Source: Thermoanaerobaculia bacterium (lineage in GTDB: Bacteria > Acidobacteriota > Thermoanaerobaculia > Multivoradales > Multivoraceae). Taken from it: a stretch of DNA of 64,000 nucleotides. A program made the translations under genes and the position numbers. The notes beneath the pieces are model-generated. The model made no database searches. It was not told the origin of the DNA and worked only from the letters and a program-made list of their open reading frames with translations. The stretch is taken from positions 2,880,001 through 2,944,000 of the forward strand of contig OY761158.1 of NCBI GenBank assembly GCA_963664405.1, given 5' to 3'. Shown piece after piece: positions 40,977 to 51,974 of this stretch. Every line of letters begins with the position of its first letter. Position 1 is the first letter of the stretch.

Positions 40977-41221
40977 GATTCGTGTGACTCGGCCAACGAC
41001 TCCCAAGCCGACTCCGGCAGAACCGGCTCCACGATGTCGCCAAGCACCTCGACCGACCCGGCGAGGGTGTCCTGGGGGTGCTCCGCCTCCGATACCGCAG
41101 GTACGACTCGTGCCACCGGTTTGCCGCGTTTGAGGACGACCAGACTCTCCCCGGTCTCAGCCACTTGGTCGAGAAGCGCCAGACAGCGGGCTTTGAATTC
41201 CGAGGCGTTGATGGTCACCAT
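40973..41221 (-). CDS. Phd/YefM antitoxin
   Basis: INASEFKARCLALLD...KRGKPVARVVP; GTGA overlap with the toxin. Confidence 0.9.
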   Translation of the reverse strand: MVTINASEFKARCLALLDQVAETGESLVVLKRGKPVARVVPAVSEAEHPQDTLAGSVEVLGDIVEPVLPESAWESLAESHES

Positions 41222-41309
41222 TTGACTAGTCTATGTGACCAGTCATAAGGGGTGTGTGAAAATAGTCAATTAATTGACAATTTGCACATCCCGAAACTTG
41301 TGTGAGTGC

Positions 41310-42119
41310 TCAGACGTTACGGTGAAGTACCGCCGGCGGCCCAATGCCGCCCTCTCGAAAGGCGATCAGCGCGCGCTCGGTAATGTCTCCGCCGAAAGCC
41401 TTCTCGAGCCGCGCGTCCTGAACGTAGGCCTTGGCCCGCAGGCGGATGGCGAAGTAGCTGTCTTCGATCTCTTCGCTGATGACCACCGCCCAGGGGCGAT
41501 TCAGGTTGACGAAGCGACTGGTCGTGGTCACCTCGCTGAGTAGGCGGCGGGCTTCGGCGATGTCCTGGTCGACGCCGATGAAAAGGTCGACCTGAATCAT
41601 CATGTCGATCGCGCCGGCATTGGCGGAGGCCACCGATTCGGTGAGGAACTTGCCGTTGGGAATGGTGATCTGGGTGTCGTCGAGAGTCATCATGCGAACC
41701 GAGCGCAAACCCAGATGGGTAATCTCGCCGTAGTAGCCCTCGAAGCTCACTCGGTCTCCCACCTGGAAGGGGCGATCGAAGAGGATCATCACTCCGGCCA
41801 ATAGAGATGCGGCAAGATCCTTGGAGGCGAAACCGATGGCGACGGCCATGGTGCCGCCGACGGCGAAGAGCACCTGCTCGTTGATCTCGAAGAGAGTAAG
41901 AATCGCGGTCGCGATGCCGCCAACGAGAATCCCGAAACGTAAGAAGGAGGCGGTCTGCTGGATCAGCAGCCGACGATCGGGAAAGCGTTCGCCAAGGCTC
42001 AGCGCCCGCCTCGCCAGCCAGCGTGTCACCAGCATGGTGACGACAACGATCAACACCGAGTACGGGGCGCCCTCGGGCTTGATGAACTGAAGCAGCTGCG
42101 TTGTTTCTTCCGGCATCAC
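41310..42119 (-). CDS. Small MscS mechanosensitive channel
   Basis: Three TMs, AIGFASKD, RPFQVGDRV, G.RS, IPN. Confidence 0.9.
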   Translation of the reverse strand: MMPEETTQLLQFIKPEGAPYSVLIVVVTMLVTRWLARRALSLGERFPDRRLLIQQTASFLRFGILVGGIATAILTLFEINEQVLFAVGGTMAVAIGFASKDLAASLLAGVMILFDRPFQVGDRVSFEGYYGEITHLGLRSVRMMTLDDTQITIPNGKFLTESVASANAGAIDMMIQVDLFIGVDQDIAEARRLLSEVTTTSRFVNLNRPWAVVISEEIEDSYFAIRLRAKAYVQDARLEKAFGGDITERALIAFREGGIGPPAVLHRNV

Positions 42120-42125
42120 AGCACC

Positions 42126-44699
42126 TCAAGCGATGAGGACGTTGCGGCGGCGAAGCAACCTGAGGATGGTTGTGTACCAGTGAGTGCTGAGGAAAAAGAG
42201 CTGATCCTCGAGCCCGAGCACACCGGTATCCAGCAGACGAGTGAGCCGCGACTCTACGAGCCCTCTGGGGTAGGCCGTGACCGTCGCCGCGTCTCCCAAG
42301 CTGAGAGTCCCGTGCCGGGCTACCGCCGCTAGTAGATACAGGGCCTCGTCGCCGCTGTCCTCCAACTCGGTCTCGGAGGGCGAGAGAAAAGGGCGTACGC
42401 GCAGAACTCGCTCTTCGACCTGTTCCAGGGAGCGTAGAAAGTAGTGGAGAGCGACACTCGGGTTGCCCGCACAGAAATCCCAGAGTAGGTCCATATAGGC
42501 CTTGCGCCCCTCTCGGCTGCGCGCGTCGGCGTCTTCTGCGCTCAGTCCCTCTCCCATCAACGAGGCGAAGCTGACCTCGAAGCCGGCCGCTTCGATGCGG
42601 CGATCGAGGAGGGCAGCCATCTGGTCCTGGGTCCATGGGTCGAGGATGACGACCTTGCGTACGAAGGCAAGGTCCTTGCGCGCTGCCCAGAGGTGGTTCC
42701 AGGCTAGTTTTTCCATCGAGAAGAGCCAGAAGACCTCGTCGCGGGTCTCGTCGACGACAGTAGAGAGCTCGGCCAGAGAGTGGTAGCCGTTGACGGTGGC
42801 GAGAAAGAGGTTCTCAGCCGCCTCGAGGACGACGATTTTGCGCTCGCCGGCGCGCAGGCCTTCGATCAGCGAGTCGATCTCGCCGTTCGCTTGCGGATCG
42901 GAGAGCAGCTGCTCGGAGAGCCAGGGCACAAGCTGTCCGCTTTCGGCGAGCCGTTGGTTGAGGCGGATGCGTGTCTCCGAGGGCTCCGCCGCGCAGAAAA
43001 GGTCGACCCAGGCGCCCTTGCCGATGCCGTCGTCTCCCGCCAGCAGGATGCTTCGGCCGCGGCCGCCTTCGCGCCAGCTCTCCAGCGTCTCCTGTGTCTC
43101 CTCGAGGTTCGCGACATGGCCGAGGCTGAGAAGGTCCTCTGCTTTCACCTTCTCATCGAGCGCCTCGCAAAGCTCGGCTGGGAGCTCTGAAACTTTGGCA
43201 CCGGCGTGCCCTCGACGCTCGATCTCCCGCTCGATGCGTCGTCGCAGGACGTAGCCGGTGACCTGACGAGTCCGAGAGAAGCCCGAGGCGACATCGCGCA
43301 GTATAGTAAGCGCAGCGTGGTAGAGGAGCCACCCGAAATAAACCGGCGCGAGAAATTTTCCGACGCGATTGCCCCGACCCTTGCGAGCGAGCGAAGCCAT
43401 GGTTCCCGATGCGTCGATAGCCAAACATGCGTCGGCAAGCTCGTCGCGCCAGCTGATGAGAACTGCCAGTAGGACCCCGAAGAGAAGTGCGAGGGCCATC
43501 GATTGCAACCAGGTGAAGAGAACGCCCCAGCCAAGGCGGAAACGATAGACCTGGAGCACCGCGGTCAGCAGCATGCCGACCAGTAGCACTCTCCGCACCC
43601 CAAGCTCCAATCGTTCTTGCATCGCGGGGGAGAAGTCGAGGTGGGCGCGCTCGCCCATCGCCGTGATGACGCGCACGACAACGTCGCGGGCGAGCCGGTA
43701 GAAGCCGTAGGCTGCCGCTAGGATGAGAAGAGGTACAACCAGCGGAGTACCCGTCACCGAGGGTCCGAGAGCCCACCGGATCGCGGCGACCGAAAGCAGG
43801 AAGAGGCCCCACGGAGCCAGTGTCTCGAGTGTCGATGCGAGGCCCTGGAAGAGATGAGCGCGACGGGAGCTCGCAACGCGCTCCAGCCAGCCCCTAATGC
43901 CCTCGATGCCGCTTTGGCGGTAGCGCTGGAGTAGCCTCCAGGCGAGAAAAACCAACACCAGGCGCAGGAAGACGCCGCCGAAGGCCGCCGCTGCATACAC
44001 GTTTCGCAATCCGCGAGCGACTGTGCGAAGACCCTCTCGCGTACGCCGGAGCTGAATTCTGGTGATCAGCCCAACGACCTCGACCTCGAGGCGTATCGCC
44101 GCAGTGGACTCCGGTGAGAAGAGGAGGAGCTGCCGCTGACGGTTGTGCGGGAGGAGGAAGAGCGTCGATTCGCGGAGCTCCCACAACATTCCGGCGATGT
44201 CGACCTCGCGCTCGATCGAATCTCTTCGGAGGTCCCTCTCGAGTTGGCGGAGGCTCTCTCGCGCTTCCGCTTCTTCCTGCCGGCGAGCCTGCCGCCGCTC
44301 TTGATCTGCCCCCTCGGCCTCGTCCTCCGAAGAGAGGAGCCGCCGGCTCTCCGTTCGACGGGCCTTCGGAACCTCGGAGCGGGCCGCGGCTCGGTCGAGG
44401 GCTTCGTCCAACTTATCGATCGCGCCGCGTACAAGCGTCACGCAACGCTCGTAGACAGCGCTGATCTCTTCGCTGCGTGCTTCGGCGGCATCGAACTGTT
44501 CCTCGAGGGCCTCGACTTCCTGGATCCGGCTTTCGCTCGCTCGCTCCTCCCGTTCTTCGCGAGCTCTCCAATCGGTTTCGAGACTCGCCATCGTCTCGAG
44601 CGTCGAGCTCGTCGTCGGCTCGCTCTGGGCGGCTGCGGGGCTCGCGCTCGTTAGCGCGGTAACGGCGAGAGCAAGGGTTGGTGCAGAGAGGTATCGCAT
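42126..44699 (-). CDS. Large membrane protein: signal peptide, coiled coil, multi-TM, P-loop/AAA-like domain and winged-helix-like C-terminus
   Basis: MRYLSAPTLALAV signal, acidic coiled coil, TMs, LAGDDGIGKG, IVVLEAAENLF, GNP motif. Confidence 0.7.
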   Translation of the reverse strand: MRYLSAPTLALAVTALTSASPAAAQSEPTTSSTLETMASLETDWRAREEREERASESRIQEVEALEEQFDAAEARSEEISAVYERCVTLVRGAIDKLDEALDRAAARSEVPKARRTESRRLLSSEDEAEGADQERRQARRQEEAEARESLRQLERDLRRDSIEREVDIAGMLWELRESTLFLLPHNRQRQLLLFSPESTAAIRLEVEVVGLITRIQLRRTREGLRTVARGLRNVYAAAAFGGVFLRLVLVFLAWRLLQRYRQSGIEGIRGWLERVASSRRAHLFQGLASTLETLAPWGLFLLSVAAIRWALGPSVTGTPLVVPLLILAAAYGFYRLARDVVVRVITAMGERAHLDFSPAMQERLELGVRRVLLVGMLLTAVLQVYRFRLGWGVLFTWLQSMALALLFGVLLAVLISWRDELADACLAIDASGTMASLARKGRGNRVGKFLAPVYFGWLLYHAALTILRDVASGFSRTRQVTGYVLRRRIEREIERRGHAGAKVSELPAELCEALDEKVKAEDLLSLGHVANLEETQETLESWREGGRGRSILLAGDDGIGKGAWVDLFCAAEPSETRIRLNQRLAESGQLVPWLSEQLLSDPQANGEIDSLIEGLRAGERKIVVLEAAENLFLATVNGYHSLAELSTVVDETRDEVFWLFSMEKLAWNHLWAARKDLAFVRKVVILDPWTQDQMAALLDRRIEAAGFEVSFASLMGEGLSAEDADARSREGRKAYMDLLWDFCAGNPSVALHYFLRSLEQVEERVLRVRPFLSPSETELEDSGDEALYLLAAVARHGTLSLGDAATVTAYPRGLVESRLTRLLDTGVLGLEDQLFFLSTHWYTTILRLLRRRNVLIA

Positions 44700-44804
44700 C
44701 AGAAGGAGGCGGACCAAGCAGGCTGGGAGACAGCCTTCCGTGTCGTGTCGCTGTACACTGTCTTTGTTCCGAGATGTGATTCTAACCTCGACCGAGACTA
44801 GAGA

Positions 44805-47254
44805 GTGCTTCGTCATCGACTTCGCCGCTCGCAGTGCGGTTCCGCGCCGCTTCTCGCAGTGCTCTGGCTGGCCTTGGCCGCCGGTCCGCTCTTGGCGCAA
44901 GCCCCGGCGGAAGAGTCTCCCGAGCCGGTAGCGGCGAGCGAAACAGCCGGTATCGGCCTCGAGGGGATCGCCACCGAAGCGGAAGAGACTCTCGCGGAGC
45001 TGGCGGAGTTGCAGTCCGATGCGGATACCACTGACGAAGTCGCGTCGATTCAGGAGACTCTGGACGAGTTCGATCGTGAGATCTCAGAAGATCTGGTTCG
45101 GAGCAGCGCGGTACCGCTGGCGGGCCTTTCCCGCGCCGAGCTCGCCGACCTGCGCGATCGATGGGACCAGGCTGGGGATATCCATCGCGAGACGCAAGAC
45201 GATCTCACCGATCTCGCCGCCGCGCTCACCGAGGCGAAGGAGCGTCTCGTCGAGCTCGAGGGCCTATGGAGCGAGACAGGAGCCTCGGAGGAAGTGCTGC
45301 TGGGCCCTCCCGGTCCGCGACAGAGGGTCGCCGACGTGCTCTCCGACATCGGATCTCTCGACTCCGAGATCGCCGAGCACCTGGAGCCGATCCTCATCCT
45401 GCAAGACCTGGTCAGTCAGAGGCTGCTGACCGTAAGGGGTACCTGGATCGCATCGGTACCATGCAGGTCCAGTCGTTCAGGACGCTGTTTACGCTCAGTG
45501 GCCCGCCTCTCTGGCAGGTGACCCGGACGGGGGCTCCCGCTCTGGAGCAGGTCGCCAGATCCTGGCAGCGAAGTAGCGATCGAGTCGGGGGCTGGTACAG
45601 GACCTACAGCAACCGGGTGGCCCTGCAAGGGCTCATTCTCCTGGCGCTCACTGTCTTGTTCTTCAGGACCCATCGCAGCCTGAGCGGGGGTACCGAGGCA
45701 GCCGATGAGGTCGGCACTTTCCTGTTTTCTCGTCCGGCCTCGACTGCACTCTTGATTGCTTTGATCCTCGGCATTTGGATCTACCCTGAGCGCCCGCAGG
45801 CGGTCCTCGCCGTCATCATCATTGTCGCCCTCGCTCCCCTGCTCCAATTGCTCTCCGGTTTGTTGCAGGGGCGCATGCTCACTGCCGTCCGTCTTCTCTT
45901 CGGACTCGTGCTGTTGCAGCAAATCGCCTCGCTGATCGGAAACGAGTTTCTGGTCGGTAGGTACATGTTGTTGCTGGAGTCGGTTGGAGGCCTGACGGTC
46001 GTGATCTGGTTTCGGCGCGGGTACCGTAATCTCGCCGGTGAAGCCGAGGGCGCGGGCGCCTGGCACGCGCTGTCGCGTCTGCTTCCAATCGCCGCGCTGA
46101 GCTTCGCTGTCGCTGTAGTCGCGAATCTCGTCGGCGCCGTTCGCCTTGCGGCATTCCTGAGCAACGGGGTCCTGCTCAGCCTTTGGACCGCCTCCGCCTA
46201 CTTTCTTGCGGGGACGGCAGTCGCCGCGCTGCTTCGCTTCCTCGCGCGGGGTGGCCTGGGAAGCTTCTTCAGGAGCGTGGCAAGGCGAAGACGGGCGATC
46301 GAGGACGGGGCGGGAAGGTTGGCCCATTTCGCTGCGATGGTGCTGTGGCTCCGCTCGCTGCTGGCGGCTTTCGACTTCTACGACCCCGCCGTCGGGTGGG
46401 CTGTGCAGATCTTCACGGCGCCCGTGAGCGTGGGAGAGCTCGAGATCTCGGCGAGCCGGGTCGGCTCGCTGGTCGGGATCTTTATCTTGTCCCTGGTTCT
46501 CGCCCGGGTAGTAGGTGTGGTTCTCGACGAGGAGATTTTTTCCCGCCTGCGCCTGCCGCGTGGAATCCCAGGTGCGGTCTCGATGATGAGCCGCTACTTC
46601 ATCGTCGGGCTCGGCTTCGTCGCCGGCCTGTCGGCGGCGGGTATCGACCTCAGCAACTTCGGCCTCGCTGCCGGTGCGCTCGGCGTGGGGATCGGATTTG
46701 GCCTGCAAGGCGTCATCGCGAATTTTGTCTCTGGCCTGATCCTGGCCGTCGAGCGCCCGATTCAGGCGGGCGACACGATTGAAGTAGGGCCTTTGCTGGG
46801 GAGGGTGACCGACATCGGGGTCAGGGCGAGTAAGGTGCGAACCTTCGAGGGTGCCGAGGTCATCGTCCCCAACAGCAATCTGCTCTCGAACGACTTGATC
46901 AATTGGACCCTCTCTGACGAGCGCCGGCGGCTGGAGCTACCCGTCCGGGTCGCATACGGCACCGATCCTCATCGAGTCATCCGGATCTTAGAGGGTGTAG
47001 CCGCGCAGCACCCCGAGATCCTCGACGATCCGCCACCGCGAGCTCTCTTTGACGGCTTCGGCGACAACAGCCTCGATTTTCGGCTGCACGGTTGGGTGCC
47101 CTTCGGAAAGGGCGTGGTCACGAGTAGTGAGGTCGCTCTCGGAATGCACGACGCGCTGAAGAAGGCGGGGATCGAGATCCCGGTTCCTCGTCGCGACGTA
47201 GAGCTGCGATCACCGCAAGCCGGTGAAGCGCTGGCTCCCGAGCAACGGGACTAA
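44805..47254 (+). pseudogene. Large MscK-like MscS-family channel with a frameshift at ~45438
   Basis: Signal peptide and coiled coil in one frame; TMs, GALGVGIGFGLQ, ERPIQAGD, VPNS, VAYGTD in the other; one added G in the gggg run joins them. Confidence 0.8.
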
Positions 47255-48744
47255 CCCTCCCGTTCCTCTTGGCCGACGGTGAGGCTGTAGGCGATGTAGT
47301 ACTTGAAGATGTTGCTGACGTACTGCACCGTTTCGCGTCCGATCTCTTTGGCCGCCACGATCTCGACGTTGCGGAACCAGAGATCCGGGTCGTAGCCCTC
47401 TTCCTCCGCCTTCTTGCGAAGCGAGCGAACGCGGGAAGGGCCGGCGTTGTAGCTGGCGAAGGCGAAGAGATGGCGGTTGAGGTCGTCCATCTCGCCCTCG
47501 GGAAAGTAGCGGTCCAAGATGAAACGCAGGTACTTGACACCCGCGTGGATGTTGTTCTCGAGGATCTCGATCTCTGGGATGCCCACGTTGGGGTCGGCTG
47601 CCGTGCTGCGTAGGAGCTGCATGACTCCGACGGCGCCGGCGGAACTGACCGCGCTCTGGTCGAGCCCCGACTCCTGATAGCCCTGAGCGGCGACCAACAG
47701 CCAATCGAACTCGTACTCTCCCGAGTACTGCTGAAAGAGGCCGACCATGCCCCGCAGCCGCTCCAGGTCTTCAGGAGCGCCCGCGTTCTTGGCCCACTTG
47801 GTGCTCTGGAAGTAGCGCTTGAAGAGGATATTTCCCATCAGGGTCCCCTTCTTGTTGTCATCGATGAATTCGTTGACGGCGGCGGCGAGCTGCGGGCTGT
47901 CTTTGCGAAACATCAAGCCGATCTCCCCGCCGGAGCGCAGGACCAGATCGGAGTGAACTTCGAGCCCGTCGAGCACCTCGGTCCAGAGGTCGGTGAGGTA
48001 GTCGTCGGCGACTGTAACGCCGAGAAGGCCCGAGGCCACCATCTCGAGCAGGTCCTCGGTCTCCAACTGCTCCTCGGCTTGGCGAATCACCACCGGATCG
48101 AGACCGCGCTCGCGGAGAGACTCATTGAGGCGCTGGAGACTGTCGAAGTAGCTGCTCGAGGCCCGAACCCAGACTTCCTGACCGGCGAGGTCGTCGAGAC
48201 TCGCGATGGCCGGCGCCTTGGGGCCGGTGACGATGACCTCGTCGACGCCCTTGTAGGACGGAGTCGAGAAGTCGACGAGCTCCTGACGCTCGGGAGTGAT
48301 GGTCAGGTTGGCTGAGGCGACGTCCCCGAGGCCCTCCCGCAAAGCCGGGATCAATCGATCGCGGCGAGTGGGGATGAAGACGATGTGTACCTTGAGGTAT
48401 CGGGTGCCAAGGTCTTTGTTGAGCTTCTCCTCGAACCTTGTCAGGCTTTCATAACTGATGCCCTTGGGTGTGGGGCCGTCAAAGAAGAAGTTGGTGTTGT
48501 TGTAGGTCACCAGCGCACGGATGACCCGGCGCTCGACCATGCCGTCCAGATCCCCGGTCCAAGCCTCATTCATTCCGGCCAGAGCCTCGGGGACTGCTCG
48601 CTCGCCGGCTTGCTCGCCGGCCTGAGCGCCGCCGACGGCCGCCATCGCGCTCTCTTCGCCGCCACCGCAGCCGAGCAGGGCCAGGATAAGGAAGGCTGGC
48701 CACAGACCTGCGCGTTTGAACTGACTCCCGGCGGGGCCCCTCAC
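47251..48744 (-). CDS. mltF: MltF-like lytic transglycosylase (SBP + SLT), lipoprotein
   Basis: LALLGC lipobox, WTGDLDGM, YQES catalytic Glu, GVMQL, ASYNAGP, ETVQYV. Confidence 0.88.
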   Translation of the reverse strand: MRGPAGSQFKRAGLWPAFLILALLGCGGGEESAMAAVGGAQAGEQAGERAVPEALAGMNEAWTGDLDGMVERRVIRALVTYNNTNFFFDGPTPKGISYESLTRFEEKLNKDLGTRYLKVHIVFIPTRRDRLIPALREGLGDVASANLTITPERQELVDFSTPSYKGVDEVIVTGPKAPAIASLDDLAGQEVWVRASSSYFDSLQRLNESLRERGLDPVVIRQAEEQLETEDLLEMVASGLLGVTVADDYLTDLWTEVLDGLEVHSDLVLRSGGEIGLMFRKDSPQLAAAVNEFIDDNKKGTLMGNILFKRYFQSTKWAKNAGAPEDLERLRGMVGLFQQYSGEYEFDWLLVAAQGYQESGLDQSAVSSAGAVGVMQLLRSTAADPNVGIPEIEILENNIHAGVKYLRFILDRYFPEGEMDDLNRHLFAFASYNAGPSRVRSLRKKAEEEGYDPDLWFRNVEIVAAKEIGRETVQYVSNIFKYYIAYSLTVGQEEREG

Positions 48745-48793
48745 GCAGCTCAGCTTAGCAGGTCGAAGGCTTCTGGCTTACACTCAGGGTCCG

Positions 48794-49909
48794 ATGTCCA
48801 TCAAGATCCGTGTCGGCCTGCTCTTCGGTGGCAAGTCCCCTGAGCACGAGGTCTCGCTTCAGTCGGCGAGAAACATTCTCGAGGCCATCGACCAAGAAAA
48901 GTACGAGGTCGTTCTGATCGGCATCGACCGCGCAGGGCAGTGGTTGCTGAACGAGGGTGCCGCTCTGCTCTTGCCGGAGAGCACCGGTGAGAGCTTGATG
49001 CCGGAAGCCGGCAAGGGGGGCGCGCCAGTGACGCTGATCCCCGAAGGAAGAGGTCAGTTGCTGCGCTCCTCAGGTCCGCAGCCGAGTGGGGCGCTCGACG
49101 TCGTCTTTCCCGTTCTACACGGGCCGATGGGAGAGGACGGCACGGTTCAAGGGCTGCTCAAGCTCGCCGATGTGCCCTTCGTTGGAGCCGACGTCCTCGG
49201 CTCTGCGGTAGGCATGGACAAAGACGTGATGAAGCGACTGCTGAGAGATGCGGGCGTCCCCTCCCCCCGCTTCTTGGTGGCGGATCGGCGCCGTGCCGCG
49301 GACGTCGACTTCGAAGCCGTACGTGGTGAGCTCGGCGCTCCGGTTTTCGTCAAGCCGGCGAACATGGGCTCGTCGGTGGGGGTGAGCAAGGTATCGGACG
49401 AAGCGGACTTCGAAGCGGCGCTCGACGAGGCATTCCGCTACGACCACAAGGTGCTCATTGAAGAGAACGTCGAGGGGCGGGAGCTCGAGTGCGCGGTGCT
49501 AGGCAACGATTCCCCGATCGCCTCGGTGCCGGGAGAGATCCTTCCTCAGCAGGAGTTCTACTCCTATGAAGCCAAGTACGTGGACGAAGAGGGCGCGCTT
49601 CTGGAGATTCCGGCGATGCTCGACGAAGCGTCCGTGCGCGCGGTGCAGAAGATGGCGATTCGGGCTTTCCAGGTGCTCTGTTGTGAGGGCATGGCTCGGG
49701 TCGACTTCTTTCTGCTCGAGGACGGCCGACCGTTGGTCAACGAGATCAACACTATCCCTGGCTTCACCAAGATCAGTATGTACCCGATGTTGTGGGAGGC
49801 GAGCGGGATCCCATATTCTGAGCTCATCGACCGACTGATTCAGCTGGCAATCGAGCGTCACGGGCGTTCTCGAGAGCTTCAGACCTCGTACGGGCCGGCG
49901 GTGCCCTGA
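48794..49909 (+). CDS. ddl: D-alanine--D-alanine ligase
   Basis: FGGKSPEHEVS, LHGPMGEDG, KPANMGSSVG, NEINTIPG, SMYP. Confidence 0.96.
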   Translation: MSIKIRVGLLFGGKSPEHEVSLQSARNILEAIDQEKYEVVLIGIDRAGQWLLNEGAALLLPESTGESLMPEAGKGGAPVTLIPEGRGQLLRSSGPQPSGALDVVFPVLHGPMGEDGTVQGLLKLADVPFVGADVLGSAVGMDKDVMKRLLRDAGVPSPRFLVADRRRAADVDFEAVRGELGAPVFVKPANMGSSVGVSKVSDEADFEAALDEAFRYDHKVLIEENVEGRELECAVLGNDSPIASVPGEILPQQEFYSYEAKYVDEEGALLEIPAMLDEASVRAVQKMAIRAFQVLCCEGMARVDFFLLEDGRPLVNEINTIPGFTKISMYPMLWEASGIPYSELIDRLIQLAIERHGRSRELQTSYGPAVP

Positions 49910-50610
49910 CGCGCTCCTGACGGTGTGAGAGCATAGTGCGCAATCTCGGCTGCGGATAAAGGGGTAGTTTGGTGAATGGGGTAGTGCACCTGGGGTGCCT
50001 GGGTCGGTTGTTTCGAGCGCGTCGGTGCGGCGCGTCAGGCGCGAGGCGCGATCTGTGAAGACTCCAGATCGCCGGTCCGCGGCTCGTACAGCACGTCGCA
50101 ACCAGGTGCGCTACTGGGTAGCCGGAGAGTCTCGCTCCCGCCTCGCTTTCAGCAGGGATCAGTCGTGGATGGGGGTTTTCATCCTCACTCCCGATCCTGC
50201 TTTGCCCGGCACCAGTATTGAGGTGGAGATTGGCGAGGGCGAATCAGCCAAGATCGCCGAGTGAGAGTGAGCACGATAATCGATGGCGGTCCGATCACGA
50301 TAAGTGATGGTCGCGTAGCCTTTTGAAGGACTTAGCCGAAGCTGCGTTTCGCTGCCACTTGCCTCAGACGGTCTTGTTCACAGTATTTGATGGCGATTCG
50401 AGGAAACCCGATCACGTTGTCTGGTGGGAATGGGTGTTCCGTTCAAGGTATCTGAGGGCGCAACCAGGGGCCCAAGCGCGATGGAAGCTCGGCGAACCGC
50501 CTCGATCGCCCATCAGATAGCGTGCCGTTCATCCCATCGCTGCGTATCAGCCCTCGTTCAGCGTGATCAGCGAAAGAACAAGTATGGACTGCGCGTCAGG
50601 CCCCGACGGC

Positions 50611-51974
50611 GGATGTGTCCCGTTTTTTGTGGAAATGGGTTCAGGCGTAGTCCTCCGAGTCGTCTTTTGCTAAATCCTACCGTTTACGCGGCCCTCTCAA
50701 CCTCGAGCAGGAGCTGAAGCGCCCGGTAGCCGTTAATCCTTCGCAGGTGTATCTGCCCGAAGGCGACGAGCCCCCAGAGGAGCGTGACGCCGGCAGCCTC
50801 GGTGGCAAAGGAGCCCTGGGTTTTAGTGCGGCGACGAAACTCGCGGTTCAGGTTCTCCAGAGCGTTGGTCGTGCGCACCGAACTCCACAGCGATTTGGGG
50901 AGCTCGTAGAAGGTCAGTAGCTGGAACCCTGCCTCCTCAAGGCTGCGAGCCACCGCCGGGACTAGTCGCGACCACTTGGTGACGAACGCCGCGTAGGCCT
51001 TGCGGGCCTGTGCCGCGTCCTCGGCTCGTACGATCGAGTGCCAGTCACGCCGCAGCTCGTCGTGTGCGTGCACCGGGCAGTGTTTCTTCAGATTCTCCCA
51101 CTTGTGTTGGACGCAGCGCTGGACTTTGACCTCAGGCCAAGCCTTCAGCGCCGCGGCCAGCCCTTTGTGGCCATCCGTGACCAGGTAGCGCGGAGCCTGA
51201 AGACCTCGGGCCTTCAGATCCTCGATCAGCCACTTCCAGTGCTCGGCGGCCTCGCTCGCGGCTAAACGTAAGGCCACCAGCACCTTGGTGCCGTCCGGAG
51301 TCACACCCAGCACCACCAGCACCGGTACCGAGACCACTCGACGGGCCAAGCGGACCTTCAGGTGAAAGCCATCGAGAAACAGAAGCACGTAGGACTCCTC
51401 CGACAGATCGCGCTCACTCCAGCGAGCAAAAAGCTCCTTCAGCCGAGACACCACACGCGAAACTGCGCTCTTGGACAGGTGCTCCTCACCCAGCAGCGGA
51501 GCCAATGCCTTCTTGATCCGGCGGCTGTTAGCGCCAGCCAGATACGCACCCAGGATCGCGTCATCGACCTCCTGCGTACGACGAGCGTAACGCGGCACGA
51601 TCGCACTGCGAAACTCTACGCTGGCCCCATCCTCGCCGACTAGCCGTCCTCGTGGAATGTCCAGTTCCTTCGACCCACACGCCGTCGTGATCAGACGACG
51701 CTGCTTGCCGTTGCGATAGCCCGCACGCTCGCCTGAACGCTCGTAGGCGCTGCAGCCCAGCGCCTCGGACAGCTCTTCCTCGAGTGTGATCTCGATCGCC
51801 GCACGAACACGCTCGCGTAACAACGAACGAATGTCCTGACGGAAGCGTGCAGCTTCCCCTTCCTCGTTGATATTCTCCACCATGGCGTAATCCTCCGTTC
51901 GCCCTAACCGGCGATGTGTTTGACCACTAGGAGGTTACGCCATTCTCAATTTCCACAGCATTCGGGACGGATCC
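50611..51974 (-). mobile_element. IS256-family insertion sequence nested in the MITE
   Basis: Imperfect IRs ggatgtgtcccg...tgtggaaat and atttccaca...cgggacggatcc; 8-bp DR ccgacggc (50603-50610 / 51975-51982). Confidence 0.92.
50684..51883 (-). CDS. IS256-family (Mutator-like) transposase
   Basis: YRNG, LFLDG, VTDGHKGL, QRCVQH, RTTNALENLNREFRRRT. Confidence 0.95.
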   Translation of the reverse strand: MVENINEEGEAARFRQDIRSLLRERVRAAIEITLEEELSEALGCSAYERSGERAGYRNGKQRRLITTACGSKELDIPRGRLVGEDGASVEFRSAIVPRYARRTQEVDDAILGAYLAGANSRRIKKALAPLLGEEHLSKSAVSRVVSRLKELFARWSERDLSEESYVLLFLDGFHLKVRLARRVVSVPVLVVLGVTPDGTKVLVALRLAASEAAEHWKWLIEDLKARGLQAPRYLVTDGHKGLAAALKAWPEVKVQRCVQHKWENLKKHCPVHAHDELRRDWHSIVRAEDAAQARKAYAAFVTKWSRLVPAVARSLEEAGFQLLTFYELPKSLWSSVRTTNALENLNREFRRRTKTQGSFATEAAGVTLLWGLVAFGQIHLRRINGYRALQLLLEVERAA

